Of a DNA stretch of 64,000 bases, positions 21,374 to 30,783 are shown piece by piece; within the stretch, counting starts at the first letter, position 1, and every line of letters starts with the position of its first letter. The DNA is taken from the NCBI GenBank assembly GCA_965208575.1, contig CBDBOV010000004.1, positions 1 to 64,000 on the forward strand. The letters run 5' to 3'. The position numbers and the translations under genes were made by a program. This DNA comes from Spirochaetia bacterium. GTDB lineage: Bacteria; Spirochaetota; Spirochaetia; SZUA-6; Bin103. The notes below the pieces were generated by a model. It did not search any database. It saw only the letters and a list, made by a program, of their open reading frames with translations, and was not told the origin of the DNA.

Positions 21374-23210
21374 CTCGGGAGCGTCGATCACCGCGCCCCC
21401 CGCAGTCCGCGTCCGGTCGCGGCTGCGCAACCCGCTCGCAGCCTGCCTGATCGCCGTTGCGGCCATGGTGGCGGTGCCGACCGCGCACTCGGCGCAGCCG
21501 CCCGGCGATGCCGCGGCCGAGCTGGCGGCCAGCGGGCGGCTGGACGCCGCACTGGCGTTGCTGGATGGATGGCTCGCCGAGCACCCAGGCGATGAACGCC
21601 TGTTCCGGGTGGTGTTGCAGGTGGTCACCGCGGCCCCGGAACAGAGCACGGTGGATGCGGTGCTCGGGCGCTTCGAACACGCGCTGGCGGTGGAGAACGT
21701 GGGCGTGTTGCGCGCGGTCCCGGCTGACTTGGCGGAGTTGCGCGGTGGCGTCGAGCAGGCCCTCGTCGAACTCCGCCGGTCGCGACTTCCCGGTGCGGCC
21801 GGGCGGCGGGCGCTGCTGCTCCTGGAGCTCGGACAGATCGGCGATGGGGCGCCACCCCGGGACGCGCCGGTGGCGATGCATGCGGGTCTGGCACGTGCCG
21901 GCCAGGGCCTGGAGGAGTCTACCCTGGAGCAATCGCTGCGCACGGCGTTCGCGCACGCCGGCCAAGCCGGCGGCGGCGCCGATGGAGCGGTAGCGGGTTA
22001 CGGTCTGGTGGCTCTGCTGAACGCCTCGGAACGTGCCCGGGAGGCGTCCACCGTGCTCGCCGAGCTGGGCCGCCGCTATCCGCGCAGTCCCGAGTACGCG
22101 TTGGCGGCGGCCGAGCTGGGCGGCGGCGGGGCCGCCGCCGGCGCCGGGTTGCCGCCGGTGGTGGCGCTGCCGTCGCCGGCGATGTTGCTCGCCCGTGCCA
22201 TGTTGGCGTGTCCGGCTCCCTGCATGATACCCGCGGTGGCACTGCCGCAGCCGGCCGCGCCGAAAGCGCCGCCGGCGCCGGCCGCCGGGCCGCGGCAGAT
22301 CGAGGCTGCCCGCGTGGCGGCAACCGCGCCGCCGCCCGCCTCGCCGCCAAGCGAACCGCGTGGCGAACCGCGTGGCGAACCGCGTGGCGAACCGCCACCG
22401 GATCGGGTCGTGCTGGTACCCGCACGCGTGGCGGAGCCGGTCTCCGAGCCGCGGCAACCTGCCGCGGACGCGCCCGCGGTGCCGCGTCCGGCACCTGCCG
22501 CCGCTACCGGCGGCGGCAGCCGTACCGCAGGCTCCGGTGCCGCGGCTCGCACGGCCGCGGCGGCAGAAGCGCGCGCCGCCGCGGCGCCGGCGGTCAGGTC
22601 GCGGACGGTCCGGTACACGTCGGCGGAGCCGGAGGAGGGCAGCGGCGCGACGCCCGGTGTCGCGGCATCCAGCCGTCCCGCCGCCGCCGCGGCGCCCACA
22701 CCGGCGCTGCCCGCGGGCAAGTTGATCCGGGTCACCGCGCAGCCCGCTACGCGCCCCCTGTTGTCGACCGACCGGGTGTTCGTGCCCGCCGAGCCGGACA
22801 CCGGAACTACTCGGCGGTCGCCGTCGGCCCGGTCAACACCGGTCGCCGCCCGCGGCGCGGCAGACCGCTCCTCCGCGGCCGCGGCCGCGCCGCAGGCGCC
22901 GCCGACCTCCGCCGTGCGCGTCTCCTCGTTGCCCGATCCGGCCGCGTTCGTCGCCCAGGTCGGTGCCTACGTCGACCCGGACAACGCGCTCGAGATGGAG
23001 TTGCGACTGCGCCAGGCGGGGTTTCCGGCGACCGCCCGCTCCTACCGCCACCGGGATGGTTCCATCGTGCACCGGGTCGGAGTAGGCGGGAATCTGACCC
23101 GCGCGAAGGTTGAGCAATTGCTCGCTCGGCTGCAGGATGCCGGATTCGAGGCCTACATCAGCCGGCGCGACGTGGTGTCTTATCTGCCGCCGGCGCCGCG
23201 CAAGCGATAG
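21354..23210 (+). CDS. SPOR-domain protein with helical N-terminus and Pro/Ala linker
   Basis: C-terminal FVAQVGAY...NA...L..AGF...HRVGVG; start uncertain. Confidence 0.75.
   Translation: MLAVAANSGASITAPPAVRVRSRLRNPLAACLIAVAAMVAVPTAHSAQPPGDAAAELAASGRLDAALALLDGWLAEHPGDERLFRVVLQVVTAAPEQSTVDAVLGRFEHALAVENVGVLRAVPADLAELRGGVEQALVELRRSRLPGAAGRRALLLLELGQIGDGAPPRDAPVAMHAGLARAGQGLEESTLEQSLRTAFAHAGQAGGGADGAVAGYGLVALLNASERAREASTVLAELGRRYPRSPEYALAAAELGGGGAAAGAGLPPVVALPSPAMLLARAMLACPAPCMIPAVALPQPAAPKAPPAPAAGPRQIEAARVAATAPPPASPPSEPRGEPRGEPRGEPPPDRVVLVPARVAEPVSEPRQPAADAPAVPRPAPAAATGGGSRTAGSGAAARTAAAAEARAAAAPAVRSRTVRYTSAEPEEGSGATPGVAASSRPAAAAAPTPALPAGKLIRVTAQPATRPLLSTDRVFVPAEPDTGTTRRSPSARSTPVAARGAADRSSAAAAAPQAPPTSAVRVSSLPDPAAFVAQVGAYVDPDNALEMELRLRQAGFPATARSYRHRDGSIVHRVGVGGNLTRAKVEQLLARLQDAGFEAYISRRDVVSYLPPAPRKR
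22351..22395 (+). repeat. coding tandem repeat GCGAACCGCGTG x3.75 (EPRG)
   Basis: direct inspection. Confidence 0.9.
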
Positions 23211-23216
23211 ACCCGG

Positions 23217-24380
23217 TCAGCCGCCGCCGGCCGGTGCGGGTTGGACGCCGCCCTCGGTTTCGGCGGCGTCCGGAACGTCGGCGGCATCCGAGGCGCCCGA
23301 CAGCTCCACTTGTTCGAAGTGGAGGGCGGTAGCGCCGACGGCGGCCAGCCCGGTGATTTCCAGCGTCGCCGGATGGAGGATGAGCGATCGGCGCACCCGT
23401 TCGGCGCCTCGATGTTCGCGGAATTCCAGTGTATAGGCGCGGATGTCGCTGGTGTGCCCGGCTCGCGACACGACCTTGAACACGATCACCGTGACCCCTG
23501 CCGAGTAGACGGCGAAGCCGCCGGTCAGGCTGCGGCCGTCCTGCCGCCACGTGAACCGTGGCGCATCGAACAGAATCGCTTCGCCGTCGCTGCCATGGTA
23601 CAGTCCGTTCAGTTCCAGTTGCGCCATGCCCGGCTGTGGCACCGTGGTTCGGACCAGCTCGTGGCGTGCCGCCCTGCCAAGCCGCCGGTAGGTGCCGTTG
23701 CGATCGCTCTCGTCGTCGGAGTCGCTGCTCCAGACGCGCAACCGCAATTCATCGCTCGCGGCCACTTCCGCTACCACCGTTTTCTCGACCGAGGGGACCA
23801 GCGCGTTGTGCATCCGGATTGCGATCCGTGACGCGGTGCGCCGATCTGACCTGTCCCAGGAGTAGATCTCCTGCACTTCGCCGTCGAAGAACGTGATGCG
23901 CCGCTGTTCGGGCTCGAAGTGGATGATATCGACCTGCTGCCGGTCCGGAGCGCCGCTGTCGTCTACCGCACCGCGATACCACGGCCCGGCCAGGAACCGC
24001 TCGAACGGCTCGGCGCCGCTGCTGTCGATCAACTCCTGCCGCGTGCGCGGCCCCGGCCGCCCGGCGGGCGGCGGTTCGGTGGCACCGGCCGCGTGCGCGC
24101 GCCGGTCGCTGCCGGCCGCAACGGTTGGCCCGGCAGCGTTGGCGGCATCGTCCGAGCCCGTAGTGCCGGCATCGGTGGCGGTGCCGCTGCCGGTGCCGCA
24201 GCCGGCGGCCAACAACAGGACTGCCGGCAGCAGGCCCGACGTCGCGCACCAGCGGCGCAGTCGTGCGGCTCGCTTCCGGCATCCGTACTCGTGGGTGGCC
24301 GATCCGAATTGCACCGCGGCTGCTCCGGACGGCACACTACCACGGCGCCGCGCCGACGTGGCAGGCGGCGAGACGGGCAC
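23217..24380 (-). CDS. lipoprotein, possibly pallilysin-related adhesin family
   Basis: LLAAGC lipobox; FERFLAGPWY..FDGEVQEIYSW recalled from spirochaete family; start uncertain. Confidence 0.5.
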   Translation of the reverse strand: MPVSPPATSARRRGSVPSGAAAVQFGSATHEYGCRKRAARLRRWCATSGLLPAVLLLAAGCGTGSGTATDAGTTGSDDAANAAGPTVAAGSDRRAHAAGATEPPPAGRPGPRTRQELIDSSGAEPFERFLAGPWYRGAVDDSGAPDRQQVDIIHFEPEQRRITFFDGEVQEIYSWDRSDRRTASRIAIRMHNALVPSVEKTVVAEVAASDELRLRVWSSDSDDESDRNGTYRRLGRAARHELVRTTVPQPGMAQLELNGLYHGSDGEAILFDAPRFTWRQDGRSLTGGFAVYSAGVTVIVFKVVSRAGHTSDIRAYTLEFREHRGAERVRRSLILHPATLEITGLAAVGATALHFEQVELSGASDAADVPDAAETEGGVQPAPAGGG

Positions 24381-24894
24381 GAATCAACGCCGCCGCCCGA
24401 CGCGCGGCGGCAGGCGGCACCAGGCACTCATCCTGAAAGGTTCGCCCCAGGAACGAGCCGATCGTATCGAGCGCTTCCCGCGCCGGCAGGAACAGGAACG
24501 AGAAGTCGACGCCGCCGGGCCGCGCCACGGTGACCACCGCCGAGGCGAGTACCGGGGTGGTGCTTATCAGGATGCGCGAATGGCCTCGCGCACGTACCAT
24601 GGACAACTCGGCGAACGTGTGGGGAACCCGGTGCCGCGCATCGCGTTGCCACGGCTCGGTGCCGGCCTGGGGGTAGCCGGCCGGCTCCACCACGACGTAC
24701 ACCTTGCCCGCGTCGGCGGCGATTGACAGCCCCTCATCGGACAGTCGCAGCGCCTGTGCCTCGCGGTAGGCGACGATCTCGAAGCGTACGTACGCGCTGC
24801 CATCCACCATGAACGACGACACGATGTAGCCGCCGCGCGCCGGGACCCGGCCCGTGCGATACGCGCTGAACAGGTCGAAAGCCTTGCTGGACAC
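24337..24894 (-). CDS. conserved hypothetical protein
   Basis: KAFDLF.AY...GGYIVSSF N-terminus recalled as spirochaete-conserved; GTG start 6 nt after TACGCT. Confidence 0.7.
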   Translation of the reverse strand: MSSKAFDLFSAYRTGRVPARGGYIVSSFMVDGSAYVRFEIVAYREAQALRLSDEGLSIAADAGKVYVVVEPAGYPQAGTEPWQRDARHRVPHTFAELSMVRARGHSRILISTTPVLASAVVTVARPGGVDFSFLFLPAREALDTIGSFLGRTFQDECLVPPAAARRAAALIRARLAACHVGAAPW

Positions 24895-25001
24895 CCGGTG
24901 AGCGTACGCGCGCGTCCGCGGCGCCGCAATGGCGCCGTGCGGGCACCACGGCGGGCACCGCACAGCTTTACAAACGCTTCCCCGCGACGCCATATTGCGG
25001 C

Positions 25002-26453
25002 ATGGCGAAGCCTGATCGGTTCCGCTCCATTTCGCCCCTCGATCACCGCTATTGGCTGGCCAACCGTGACCTGTTCGAAGCGCTCGCCGACCACCTCGGG
25101 GAGGAGGCGAGCGTGCGCTACGCGGTTCGGGTCGAACTTGCCCTGCTCCTTGAGCTGCTGCGCCGGCTGCCCGGGTCTTCATGCGACGCCGACCTGGAGC
25201 GCGACATTCGCGCCGCCGCCGAACGGGTGACCGCCGATGCGGTAGCGGCCGAGGAGCGCGTTACCGATCACAACGTGCGCGCCCTGGTCAACGTGCTGCA
25301 GCGGGAACTGCCGGCCGGCGTCCGCCACCTGGTGCACGTTGGCGCGACCTCCTACGACATAACCGACACCGCCAACGCGTTGCGCTATCGCGACGCACTG
25401 CGCACCGTGATCGTACCGCTCCTGATCCGCCTCGAAAGAGCGCTCATCGACCTGACCGAGCGCGAGGCGGACACCGTTCAGGTGGGCCGCACGCACGGGC
25501 AGTTCGCATCGCCGCTCACGTTCGGCTTTGCCATGGCAGAGTACGTCGCCCGCCTGGGCAAGGCGATCGTGCGCATCTCCGGGCGCGCGGGAGACCTGCG
25601 CGGCAAGCTCGCCGGCGCCGTCGGCGCCTACCACGCGACCAGCCTGCTGGTGGACGATGCGCCGGAGTTGGAGCGCGCGGTCCTGCGCCGGCTGGATCTG
25701 AAGCCGTCGGAGACCGCTACCCAGATCGTGGAGCCGGAGTATCTGCTCGCGGCCCTGGTCGAGGTGGGTACGGCGTTCGGCATCATTGCCAACCTGGCCG
25801 ACGATCTGCGCCAGTTGCAACGCTCAGAGATCGACGAGGTGCGGGAACCGTTCGGCCGCCGGCAGGTCGGTTCATCCACCATGCCGCAGAAGCGCAACCC
25901 GTGGAACTGCGAACACGTCAAGAGTCTGTGGAAGACCTTTGCGCCGCGTATCATGACGTTCTACCTGGACCAGGTGTCGGAACACCAGCGTGACCTGACC
26001 AACTCGGCGTCGGCGCGGTTCGTGCCGGAGTTCGTGGCCGGGTTCGCGGCCGCGGCCAACCGGCTGCTGCGCGTGGTCGACGGCCTGCAGGTGAATCGCG
26101 ACCGGATGCGCATGCGGTTGCGCGACGGCACCTCCGAACTGGTGATGGCGGAAGCGGCGTACGTGTTGCTCGCCGCCTCCGGGAGCGCCGACGCGCACGA
26201 GCAGATGCGCCGCCTCACCGTGGAGTGCGAACGGCGCGGCGTGGGCCTGCTGGACGCCGCGCGTGCCGACCGGGCCACCTGGGAACGCCTCGAGCACGCC
26301 GTGCAGGCACGCTTCGCCACCACGGCACTCGACTTCTTCTCGCACCCGGAGCGCTACGTGGGGCAGGCCGCGGCCAAGGCGCGGGCGATAGCGGAACGAT
26401 ACCGCGGCCTGATGGATGGCATCGCGCCGGCGGCCCGGAGCGGCGATGTCTGA
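25002..26453 (+). CDS. purB: adenylosuccinate lyase
   Basis: ISPLD.RY, GRTHGQ, GSSTMPQKRNP; upstream of guaA. Confidence 0.92.
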   Translation: MAKPDRFRSISPLDHRYWLANRDLFEALADHLGEEASVRYAVRVELALLLELLRRLPGSSCDADLERDIRAAAERVTADAVAAEERVTDHNVRALVNVLQRELPAGVRHLVHVGATSYDITDTANALRYRDALRTVIVPLLIRLERALIDLTEREADTVQVGRTHGQFASPLTFGFAMAEYVARLGKAIVRISGRAGDLRGKLAGAVGAYHATSLLVDDAPELERAVLRRLDLKPSETATQIVEPEYLLAALVEVGTAFGIIANLADDLRQLQRSEIDEVREPFGRRQVGSSTMPQKRNPWNCEHVKSLWKTFAPRIMTFYLDQVSEHQRDLTNSASARFVPEFVAGFAAAANRLLRVVDGLQVNRDRMRMRLRDGTSELVMAEAAYVLLAASGSADAHEQMRRLTVECERRGVGLLDAARADRATWERLEHAVQARFATTALDFFSHPERYVGQAAAKARAIAERYRGLMDGIAPAARSGDV

Positions 26454-28020
26454 GCCGGCGGTCGATACCATCCTGGTACTCGATTTCGGCGGCCAGACCT
26501 GTCAGCTCATCGCTCGCCGCATCAGGGAGAGCGGCGTCTACAGCCGCGTGCTGCCGGGCGACATCCGGTTGGCGGAGGTCGACGCAATGCAGCGTGTGCG
26601 CGGCATCGTGCTGTCCGGCTCCCCGGCATCGGTGCACGACCGCGAGGCCCCCACTCCCGACCGCGACCTGCTGCGGTGCGGCGTGCCGGTGCTGGGCATC
26701 TGCTACGGCATGCAGCACCTCATGCACCGTGGCGGCGGCGTGGTGTCGGCGACGCACGTCAGCGAGTATGGCCGGGCGCGGGTCGAGCGGGTAGGCGAGT
26801 CGCCTCTGTTCGCCGGCATCCCGGCCACGTTCCACTCCTGGATGAGCCACGGCGACGCGGTCGAGCGCATCGCGGACGGATATCGGCGGGTTGCCGGTTC
26901 CGAGTACGGCGGCATTGCCGCGGTCGAGTCGGTGGATGCATCGGCGCCACCGACGTTCGGCATCCAGTTTCATCCGGAAGTATCGCACACCGAGTACGGC
27001 ACCCGCATGCTCGGCAACTTCGCCACCGCCATCTGCGGCGCCCGGCGGCAGTGGAACATGACCTCCTTCGAACGCCGTGCGATGGCCGAGTTGCGCGCCA
27101 CCGTGGGCGACCGCCCGGTCGTGCTGATGATCTCCGGCGGGGTCGACTCCACGGTGGTGGCGGCGTTGCTCCTCAAGGCGTTGCCGGCCGACCAGGTGCA
27201 CCTGCTGTACGTCGACACCGGGCTGATGCGGTTGCACGAGACGGCGGAAGTAAGGGCCATCCTGCAAGGGCTCGGTGCCACCAATGTGCAGGTGGTCGAC
27301 GCATCGGACCGGTTCTACGCCGCGCTCGCCGGCACCACCGAACCGGAGGCGAAGCGGCGCATCATCGGCGACCTGTTCATCGAGGTGCAGCGCGACGCGG
27401 TGCAGCAGGAGTGCGGCGACGGCTTCCTGGCGCAGGGCACGCTGTACACCGACTTGATCGAGTCGGGCAAGGGCGTGGGCACCAAGGCGCACGTCATCAA
27501 GTCGCACCACAACGTCGCCGCGCCGCTGGTCGCCGAGCGGCGCGCGGCGGGCCGGCTGCTGGAGCCCCTGGCAACCCTCTACAAGGACGAAGTGCGGCGC
27601 CTGGGGGAGGGGCTGGGGGTGCCCGCGCGGGTGATCGCGCGCCATCCGTTTCCCGGCCCTGGTCTCGCCGTGCGCATACTCGGCGAGGTAACCCGCGCGC
27701 GCTGCGACCTGCTGCGCGCCGCGGACGCGATCTTTCTCCAGGAGCTGCGCAGCCGCGGCCTGTACGACAGCGTCACGCAGGCATTCACGGTCCTGCTGCC
27801 GGTGCGCTCGGTCGGCGTGACCGGCGACAGCCGCCGCTACGGGGAGGTGGTCGCATTGCGCGCGGTAGTGAGCGACGACTTCATGACCGCGGCAGTGTTC
27901 CCGTTCGAGATGGCCGACCTGCTCGAAATCTCGGCGCGCATCACCAACGAGGTGGTGGCCGTGGGCCGCGTGGTATACGACGTGTCGAGCAAGCCGCCCG
28001 CCACGGTGGAGTGGGAGTAG
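26446..28020 (+). CDS. guaA: GMP synthase (glutamine-hydrolysing)
   Basis: LDFGGQ, GICYGMQ, QFHPEV, SGGVDS, IKSHHNV, KPPATVEWE. Confidence 0.97.
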   Translation: MSEPAVDTILVLDFGGQTCQLIARRIRESGVYSRVLPGDIRLAEVDAMQRVRGIVLSGSPASVHDREAPTPDRDLLRCGVPVLGICYGMQHLMHRGGGVVSATHVSEYGRARVERVGESPLFAGIPATFHSWMSHGDAVERIADGYRRVAGSEYGGIAAVESVDASAPPTFGIQFHPEVSHTEYGTRMLGNFATAICGARRQWNMTSFERRAMAELRATVGDRPVVLMISGGVDSTVVAALLLKALPADQVHLLYVDTGLMRLHETAEVRAILQGLGATNVQVVDASDRFYAALAGTTEPEAKRRIIGDLFIEVQRDAVQQECGDGFLAQGTLYTDLIESGKGVGTKAHVIKSHHNVAAPLVAERRAAGRLLEPLATLYKDEVRRLGEGLGVPARVIARHPFPGPGLAVRILGEVTRARCDLLRAADAIFLQELRSRGLYDSVTQAFTVLLPVRSVGVTGDSRRYGEVVALRAVVSDDFMTAAVFPFEMADLLEISARITNEVVAVGRVVYDVSSKPPATVEWE

Positions 28021-28034
28021 CGGTCCCTGGCCCG

Positions 28035-28688
28035 ATGACGCTGTTCGTCCACCTTGCCACGCCGTTGTTCGTGCTCGCGGTCGCCGGCCACGCGCATGCC
28101 CGCGGGCAAGGCGACGGCTGGGCCCTGCTGCATGCGTACACCGCCGCCGGACTGTCGGCAATTCCGCTGTATCCGCTGTTCGAGATGCTGGCGGCCACCT
28201 TCCCGCCTCTGGTGCAGCCGCGATTGCAGTATGCACGGCTGCTGGCGGTCGACCACGGCCTGCCGCTGATCGCGGCGGCGGCGGCAACGCTCGGCACGCA
28301 CCGGTATCGGCGCCGCAGGCATGAGGCCGGCGCGCTGCGCGCGATCACGTGGCTGGTCGGCATGGGAGGGTTCTTCAGCGTGTATGCCGTTCTCGACCAG
28401 TTCGCCAATCATGCCGACCCAAGCATGTATCGGCTGGTGCTGCTGCCGATGTTGCGGCTGGCAGCGGTTACCGCGACGGCGTACCTGCTGACGCGCGCGG
28501 CGCGCGGTGCGCGGTGGTGGGCAGCCGCCGTGCCCGCCATACCGTGCGTGACCGCGGGCATCGCGTACGCGGGCACACTGCAGCAGCCGGATCTCGCGGC
28601 GGTCGGCGGCGCGGCGTTGCTGGCGGTGTGTCTGCCGCTGGTGTTCGCGAACTCGGTTTCGGAGGCCCCCGACGAGTTGTCCCGGTAG
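28035..28688 (+). CDS. hypothetical integral membrane protein
   Basis: multiple hydrophobic segments; ATG 14 nt after guaA stop. Confidence 0.65.
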   Translation: MTLFVHLATPLFVLAVAGHAHARGQGDGWALLHAYTAAGLSAIPLYPLFEMLAATFPPLVQPRLQYARLLAVDHGLPLIAAAAATLGTHRYRRRRHEAGALRAITWLVGMGGFFSVYAVLDQFANHADPSMYRLVLLPMLRLAAVTATAYLLTRAARGARWWAAAVPAIPCVTAGIAYAGTLQQPDLAAVGGAALLAVCLPLVFANSVSEAPDELSR

Positions 28689-28698
28689 TCGTCGACCG

Positions 28699-29640
28699 GT
28701 GCGCCGCGCGGTGCGGGCGGTTGCCGGCACCTTGCTCATCCTTGCCGCCATGGGCGGCTGCGTACGCTCGCGAACGAGCGACACCTACCTGGTGGCGCTG
28801 GAAGCGCCCTTCTGGCGAGCGGTGAGCGAGGCGTACCCTGACTTGGAAGCCGACCTGAGCGCGTCGGTATTCGCGGGCGGGCGGCGGCTCAGCATAGCCC
28901 ACATCGATTCCGAGCAGCCGCTCGACGCGTTGTACGCACGGCTCGCGCGTGCCCGACCCGCGGGAGTCGTGCTGACGCCGCTGCTGTCTCTGCAGGCCGA
29001 TGAGGTGGCCGCCGCGCACCCCGGCCTGCCCATCGTCGTCCTGACCTGGAGCGGCGAGTCGGCAGCCGGCTCCACCGCGCCGCCCGGCGGACCGAACGTA
29101 ACGTCGGTGTGGTTCTCGCGCAGCGACGCGCTGACCCGCGCCGGAGCGTTGCTGGCCGCCTACATCGCCGGACAGCCGGAGGGCAGAGTCGGCATCCTTG
29201 CCACTGGCGGGCGCGTGGAAGGCGCCCATGTGGCCGCGTTCCGCCGTGGCGTCACGAGCGCCGGCGCCGCGGCCCGCCTGACCGAGCGCCGGATCGACCG
29301 ATCGGCCGACAGCGGGTCGCTGAAACGATCCCTCGATGCCTTGCAGCGGTCGGACGTGCGCGTGGTGTTCCTGGAGGTGGGGTCGCTGACCGGGGCCGCC
29401 CTGGAGGCCCTGGCGCGTGACGGAACGTTCGCGATGGTCAGAAACTGGGGCTATCGCGCCGGCTTCGAAGAGACGGTGCTGGTGTCGGTGAACGATCCTC
29501 CGCTGGCGGCCCTTCGCGCCGGTATCGACGCTGCCCCGGGCAGTACGGTAGAGGTGGCGTCGGAGGTGGTCTGGGGCGCCGGCGCCCCCCTCCCTGACGG
29601 CTCGAACGGCCTTGTCGACGCGGTACGCACCGTTCCGTGA
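28699..29640 (+). CDS. lipoprotein, periplasmic-binding-protein-like
   Basis: AAMGGC lipobox; alpha/beta pattern like BMP/PBP type I. Confidence 0.55.
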   Translation: MRRAVRAVAGTLLILAAMGGCVRSRTSDTYLVALEAPFWRAVSEAYPDLEADLSASVFAGGRRLSIAHIDSEQPLDALYARLARARPAGVVLTPLLSLQADEVAAAHPGLPIVVLTWSGESAAGSTAPPGGPNVTSVWFSRSDALTRAGALLAAYIAGQPEGRVGILATGGRVEGAHVAAFRRGVTSAGAAARLTERRIDRSADSGSLKRSLDALQRSDVRVVFLEVGSLTGAALEALARDGTFAMVRNWGYRAGFEETVLVSVNDPPLAALRAGIDAAPGSTVEVASEVVWGAGAPLPDGSNGLVDAVRTVP

Positions 29641-29685
29641 CACGCTGTCGCCAATCACGCGTCATCCGTATTAGCCTTTGGCCGG

Positions 29686-30093
29686 ATGCGCAACGATTTC
29701 AAGCCCAACACAACAATCGGCGAGGGCTCCCGTTTCGAGGGACAGTGCGCGGTACACGGCAATCTGCGTATCGACGGTCGTTTCGCGGGCCCGGCGCTGC
29801 AGGTCGATCAGCTCTACGTGGGCGCGGCCGGTCGAGTCAAGACCGAGGTCGTGGCCAACGTGGTGGTCGTGGAGGGGGTAGTGGTGGGCAACATCAGCGC
29901 CGCCAGCCGCGTGTTGCTGCTTCCCAGCGCGCGCGTGTTGGGCAACTTGCTCACGCCCGAGCTGGTTCTGCAGGACGGCGCGATGCTGGACGGAAACTGT
30001 TCCGTCGGACAGGTTCACGGCGAGGAAGCGCGGCGCATGATTCGCGACCTCTGGGAGGGGCGAACAGAACCGGCCACAGGCACCGGCGGCTGA
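29686..30093 (+). CDS. bactofilin
   Basis: TTIGEGSRFEG..GNLRIDGRF..VVEGVVVGNI. Confidence 0.88.
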   Translation: MRNDFKPNTTIGEGSRFEGQCAVHGNLRIDGRFAGPALQVDQLYVGAAGRVKTEVVANVVVVEGVVVGNISAASRVLLLPSARVLGNLLTPELVLQDGAMLDGNCSVGQVHGEEARRMIRDLWEGRTEPATGTGG

Positions 30094-30114
30094 CCCCGCG
30101 GACGCCGGCGGGGG

Positions 30115-30144
30115 TTGACAGGGCGCCCCCGGGCGCCATACGTT
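30115..30144 (+). promoter_or_regulatory. tRNA-Glu promoter
   Basis: TTGACA-N18-TACGTT. Confidence 0.6.
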
Positions 30145-30156
30145 ATCGATGCCCGT

Positions 30157-30228
30157 GGCCCCTTCGTCTATCGGCTAGGACATGAGACTCTCATTCTCAA
30201 AAGAGGGGTTCGATTCCCCTAGGGGCTA
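30157..30228 (+). tRNA. tRNA-Glu(CTC), CCA not encoded
   Basis: acceptor GGCCCCT/AGGGGCT, anticodon arm TGAGA-CTCTCAT-TCTCA, T loop TTCGATT. Confidence 0.95.
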
Positions 30229-30305
30229 TCCGCGCGTCTCTGTCACCGGGACGCCGTCCACACACTCATGAATCCCCCGACTGATTGACCCCGAGGAATC
30301 GCATT

Positions 30306-30764
30306 ATGGATCTCGCACGAGCGTTCTCTCCGGCGGCGATTCTGGTACCGTTGCGGGCCAGGAGCGACGATGACGCGCTGCGCCAGTTGGTCGAACGGCT
30401 GGTCGTCGCCACCGGCCTCAGCGACCCGGACCGCATCATGCGCCATCTCACCGAGGAGGCGGCACTCAGGGCCACCCTGGTCGGCCACGGCGCCGGCATC
30501 GTGCACACGCGGCTGGATGCGCTCGATGCGCCGGTGGCCGCGCTCGGCATCCTCGCACCGGGACAGTCGTTGCACCTCGGCTCCGGCCTGCAGTTCGTCG
30601 TGGACGTGATCTTCCTCGTGCTGTCGCCCCTGTCGCCGCCGGAGCCGCACCTGGAACTGGTGTCGTCGATTGCCACGCTGGTGCGCGATCCGGTGCTGAA
30701 CGGGTTGCGCGCCGCCGCCGATGCGCACGACGCGCTGGCGGCGCTGGCCGAATTCGGATCGTAG
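30306..30764 (+). CDS. PTS IIA (Ntr/fructose-type) domain protein
   Basis: TLVGHGAGIVHTR phospho-His motif, VIFLVLSP, HLELVS. Confidence 0.8.
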   Translation: MDLARAFSPAAILVPLRARSDDDALRQLVERLVVATGLSDPDRIMRHLTEEAALRATLVGHGAGIVHTRLDALDAPVAALGILAPGQSLHLGSGLQFVVDVIFLVLSPLSPPEPHLELVSSIATLVRDPVLNGLRAAADAHDALAALAEFGS

Positions 30765-30783
30765 TCAGGGTCGCCGCGGTAGG

